Shown piece by piece: positions 22,901 through 26,267 of a DNA stretch of 26,267 nt. Origin of the DNA: Octopus sinensis (Eukaryota); assembly GCF_006345805.1 (NCBI RefSeq), contig NW_021834749.1:1-26267 (forward strand), in the 5' to 3' direction. Position 1 is the stretch's first letter. Each line of letters opens with the position of its first letter. The notes under the pieces were generated by a model. That model saw only the letters and a list, made by a program, of their open reading frames with translations. It was not told the origin of the DNA and did not search any database. The translations under genes were made by a program, and so were the position numbers.

Positions 22901-23740
22901 CACCACGATCACCACTGCCATCACCACCACCACCACAATCCACCAACACCACGATCCCACTGCCATCACCACCACCACCCACCAATCACCAACACCACCC
23001 CCGCTCCCCACTGCCATCACCACCACCACCACCAATCCACCACCACCACGATCCCCACTGCCCACCACCACCACAACCAATCCACAAACACCACGATCCC
23101 CAATGCCATCACCACCACACCACCACCAATCCACCACCACCACGATCACCACTGCCATCACAACACCACCACCAATCCACCACACACCACGATCACCACT
23201 GCCATCACCACCACCACCACCAACCACACCACCACCACCACGATCACCACTGCCATCACCACCACCAACCACCAATCCACCAACACTACGATCACCACTG
23301 CCATCCACCACCACACCACCAATCCACCACCACCACGATCACCACTGCCATCACCACACCACCACCAATCCTCCACCACCACGATCACCACTGCCCATCA
23401 CCACCACCACCACCAATCCACCACCACCACGATCACCACTGCCATCACCACCACCACCACCAATCCACCAACACCACGATCACCACTTGCCATCAACACC
23501 ACCACCACCAATCCACCAACACCACGATCACCATGCATCACCAAACCCACCACCACCAATCCACCACCACCACGATCACCACTGCCATCACCACCACCAC
23601 CACCAATCACCAACACCACGATCCCACTGCCATCACCACCACCCACCACCAATCCACCACCACCACGATCACCACTGCCTCACACACACACCACCAATCC
23701 ACCAACACCACGATCCCCACTGCCATCACCACCACCACCA
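16984..23740. repeat. ~6.75 kb tandem satellite, 47-bp unit (~140-150 copies) derived from (CCA)n
   Basis: Consensus AATCCACCACCACCACGATC(A/C)CCACTGCCATCACCACCACCACCACC. Unit starts at 19684, 19731 and 19778 give a 47-bp period. The copy number is estimated by dividing length by period. Confidence 0.97.
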
Positions 23741-24095
23741 ACAACAACACCAACCACAAGAACAATCATAAGAAACATGAAAAATGTTTGCTTTTATCTC
23801 TGATTCCAAAATCTTTGATACCTATGTTTTACTAAGGTTTACTCATCCTTCTATTCTCGGTGTTTCCTTTTGTAATCTTTCGGAACCATCTAAAAATACA
23901 CTTGATGCGTAAATACGATCCTTTTGTACTTATGTTTCTGTGTATTTAGATATGTATGCGGATATGTAAGGGTGTGAATATGTGTGCGTTTGTATTTGTG
24001 TATGCGTAAGTCGGGGAGTGATGGACCTCCTAGTTCCCGTCAGAACATCTATCTGTGAAGACGATACTCTAATGTAAAACCAGAATGTCGTCCAG

Positions 24096-24179
24096 CTTCC
24101 GGTCATCGCAACAGGCATTCGTGGATCACCGGAAGTGTATTTGTTTTATCTAAAATGTGAGTGCAGCACTGCGCACGCG
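24096..24179. promoter_or_regulatory. Inverted pair of ETS sites plus an NRF1-like motif
   Basis: CTTCCGGT 24096-24103, ACCGGAAGTG 24128-37 and TGCGCACGCG 24170-79. Confidence 0.3.
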
Positions 24180-24641
24180 TCATATGCTATGATCCATTTC
24201 ACATGCAAGAATTTTGTTTTGTGGTGTTTTTTGAAGATTTTAGATTTTTTTTTCTTTCTGAAAGATGTTAGACATTTACTAGATACTAGAAAAATAACCA
24301 GAGCTTTTCGAACGAAATTCTCTGACCCTTTCCTCCAGAAATTCAGAAAGTTAGTGATTTACTTAGTGGCCTCGTCCAGCCAATATCAAGACCAATGTCT
24401 TTAATCATCACCCTGCCGTCATGTCGTTTAATTTATTGTGACCGTAAACTATTGCCCGGTCTGCTTTTCCGGCCCATTATGAAACAAGCATACGCTCTCA
24501 TGGTACCCAACTTCGTCAATGTAGGAGACATCTGTCCACAAATCGCCTAAAGCTACATTCAGTTGTTCCTGTCAGAACCTGAGTTTCTTCTACTTGTGTT
24601 CTTTAAAGATGTATAGCAATGTGAACTTCCATTTTACTCAC

Positions 24642-24692
24642 CCTCGGCTAAAGAACACAGGCAAGGAAGTAGAAGGGAGTACTGAAGACCCC
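24642..24692 (-). CDS. Candidate 51-nt symmetric internal exon (GLQYSLLLPCLCSLAE or GSSVLPSTSLPVFFSR)
   Basis: Acceptor ttctgtattttttactcaaatccag| and donor GAGG|gtgagt; length divisible by 3; two open frames. No homology recognised. Confidence 0.25.
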
Positions 24693-25168
24693 CTGGATTT
24701 GAGTAAAAAATACAGAAGGATCGGGTTATCATGACTTTATTCAATATCCCCATCCTCCAGATACACACACTTATTGCAACGGTCCTTCAGTTTTCGTGTG
24801 TGTATACACACATAATAAACATGTGTGTATATTCTAAATATTCCAACCTTATTCTTATCGTTCTTTGTACACCCTGAGGGTTTTCCATATTAGATATTTA
24901 AAATGCAAATTTATATATTTATGTATGGTTTGTAATTTTAATTTTGTTTGTGAAATTAAACAGTTGTAGGTGAATATGTTGATTAATTAACTAATTAATT
25001 AATTAATTTGTATCCATTAGATCTCTCTGTTTTCTAACTCGATAAAAATGCTTGATATTTTACGAGGTTTTATATAATATATTCATTGAAGAAATATCTC
25101 TTCAAAATATTAAACGAGTGTATCTTGGATCGAATATCCCTATGGGTTTTAAATAACCTCATTGTGAC

Positions 25169-25201
<33 letters not shown>

Positions 25202-25330
25202 TTATATATAAATTTAACAATTAAGGATAAAATCTTAATAAGAAATCTTAACAAGAAATTATCAGGTAGTTAGCGTGAAAAACCTCATAAGAGAAAAAAT
25301 CTGAAAATTTTTTCACTTGAAAATATTTAT

Positions 25331-25809
25331 TTATATTATATAGAGGGCATTATTACACATAAATGCCACACGCTAGAGAGGGACTTTTAAAGTCATTACT
25401 ACTTGAGCTGGTTTTAGGGAAAAGACCTACGTTGTAGAAATACGGGATCGAGAAAAGTAGGAGGCGTTGCTGAAACGTTCCTATATATATATATATTTAT
25501 ATTATATAGAGGGCATTATTACACATAAAAGCCACACGCTAGGGGGGACTTTCAAAGTCATTACTACCCAAAATAAACGAATCGTACCGAATGCAGCTCT
25601 CAAAGCAAGACATTTAAAAACAGAATTCTGTTTTTAAATGTTTTTAAATGTCTTGCTTCGAGAGCTGCATTCGGTATGATTCGTTTATTTTTGGTAGTAA
25701 TGACTTTGAAAGTCCCTCCTAGCGTGTGGCATTTATATGATATATAAATATATATATAGGAACGTTTCAGCGACGCCTCGTACTTTTCTCGACCCCATAT
25801 TTCTACAAC
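25331..25809. mobile_element. Spacerless palindrome (25431-25809) preceded by a direct duplicate of one module (25331-25402 = 25497-25567)
   Basis: The centre is a perfect 30-nt palindrome catttaaaaacagaattctgtttttaaatg (25611-25640). The arms run out to gttgtagaaa / tttctacaac. Confidence 0.85.
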
Positions 25810-26149
25810 TCATGTCCTGCTCCTCACCCATGCCAGAAACGTTAAACTAAGTATTACTGATTCTCCCTTCTTTGTTGTTGTGGGTGTTCTTGTCCTAACA
25901 CTTCCGCTCATATAAATATGCTTATTTTCTTAATTACCAAAATGTGTTTTGTTGCTTTTGCTGTTTTTTTTTTTTTATTTTGTTTTTGTTATTGTTAATT
26001 GTGTCGTTCAAATTGTTCAATTCAAAGTTTTTCACCGTTATGATATTCTTTGTCGAGTACAAAGCATAGTTCTTGAAGTGGAATTAAATTCTTTCTTTTA
26101 GAATTCTTATTCTTTGTGGGGTATTTTTGTGATGGTTATGAGAGTTTCA

Positions 26150-26267
26150 AATATTGACAAAGGGCCGACAGTTTTGTAGAGGAGAAGGCTTGTCGATTAC
26201 ATCAACCCCAGTACTTCACCGGTACTTTAGTTTATCGCCCCCGAAAGAACGGAAGGCAAACCCGATC
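26150..26267 (-). mobile_element. SINE fragment of a second family, truncated by the window edge
   Basis: The reverse complement tttgccttccgttctttcgggggcgataaactaaagtaccggtgaagtactggggttgatgtaatcgac resembles a common octopus SINE core (from memory). Confidence 0.65.

Noticed and set aside
16984-23740. CRISPR-like array
   Set aside because: No unique spacers, no cas genes, and a eukaryotic context.
17110-23835. ORFs of 958-2008 aa annotated as extensin/mucin/His-rich protein genes
   Set aside because: They are fully explained by a stop-free 47-bp satellite. All frames are open, indels are frequent and there is no unique domain. Kept only as a testable hypothesis in findings.
24340-24420. 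Minus-strand HDGRVMIKDIGL resembling kinase subdomain VII
   Set aside because: DIG rather than DFG, flanked by stops, and no other kinase motifs.
25455-25482. Hammerhead-like GGC-GTT-GCT-GAAACGTT
   Set aside because: No CUGANGA core (AGTAGGA/AGTACGA) and no stem I.

Overview
AT-rich, microsatellite-saturated eukaryotic genomic DNA. Its SINE families resemble those of octopus (coleoid cephalopod) genomes; this is recognised from memory, with no database search. No complete protein-coding gene can be supported. All long ORFs in the track lie in simple repeats or in a ~6.75 kb, 47-bp C/A-rich satellite (16984-23740). The window contains tRNA-derived SINE copies, a decayed tRNA-Asp-headed element, a probable LINE 3' remnant sharing the SINE tail, and three palindromic or fold-back elements. 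It also has a housekeeping-type promoter (~10.8-11.15 kb), a TATA + 4x CRE cluster (5833-5931) and a few candidate short exons. The most notable signal is a set of hammerhead-ribozyme motifs. A type I hammerhead with a complete catalytic core lies in one arm of a 645-bp inverted repeat (6689-6782 +), with its mirror in the other arm (6410-6501 -). Two more degenerate minimal hammerheads lie at 7136-7171 (+) and 16220-16275 (-). Together they suggest Penelope-like or retrozyme-like elements. Many arm-to-arm differences are homopolymer indels, so some may be assembly errors.
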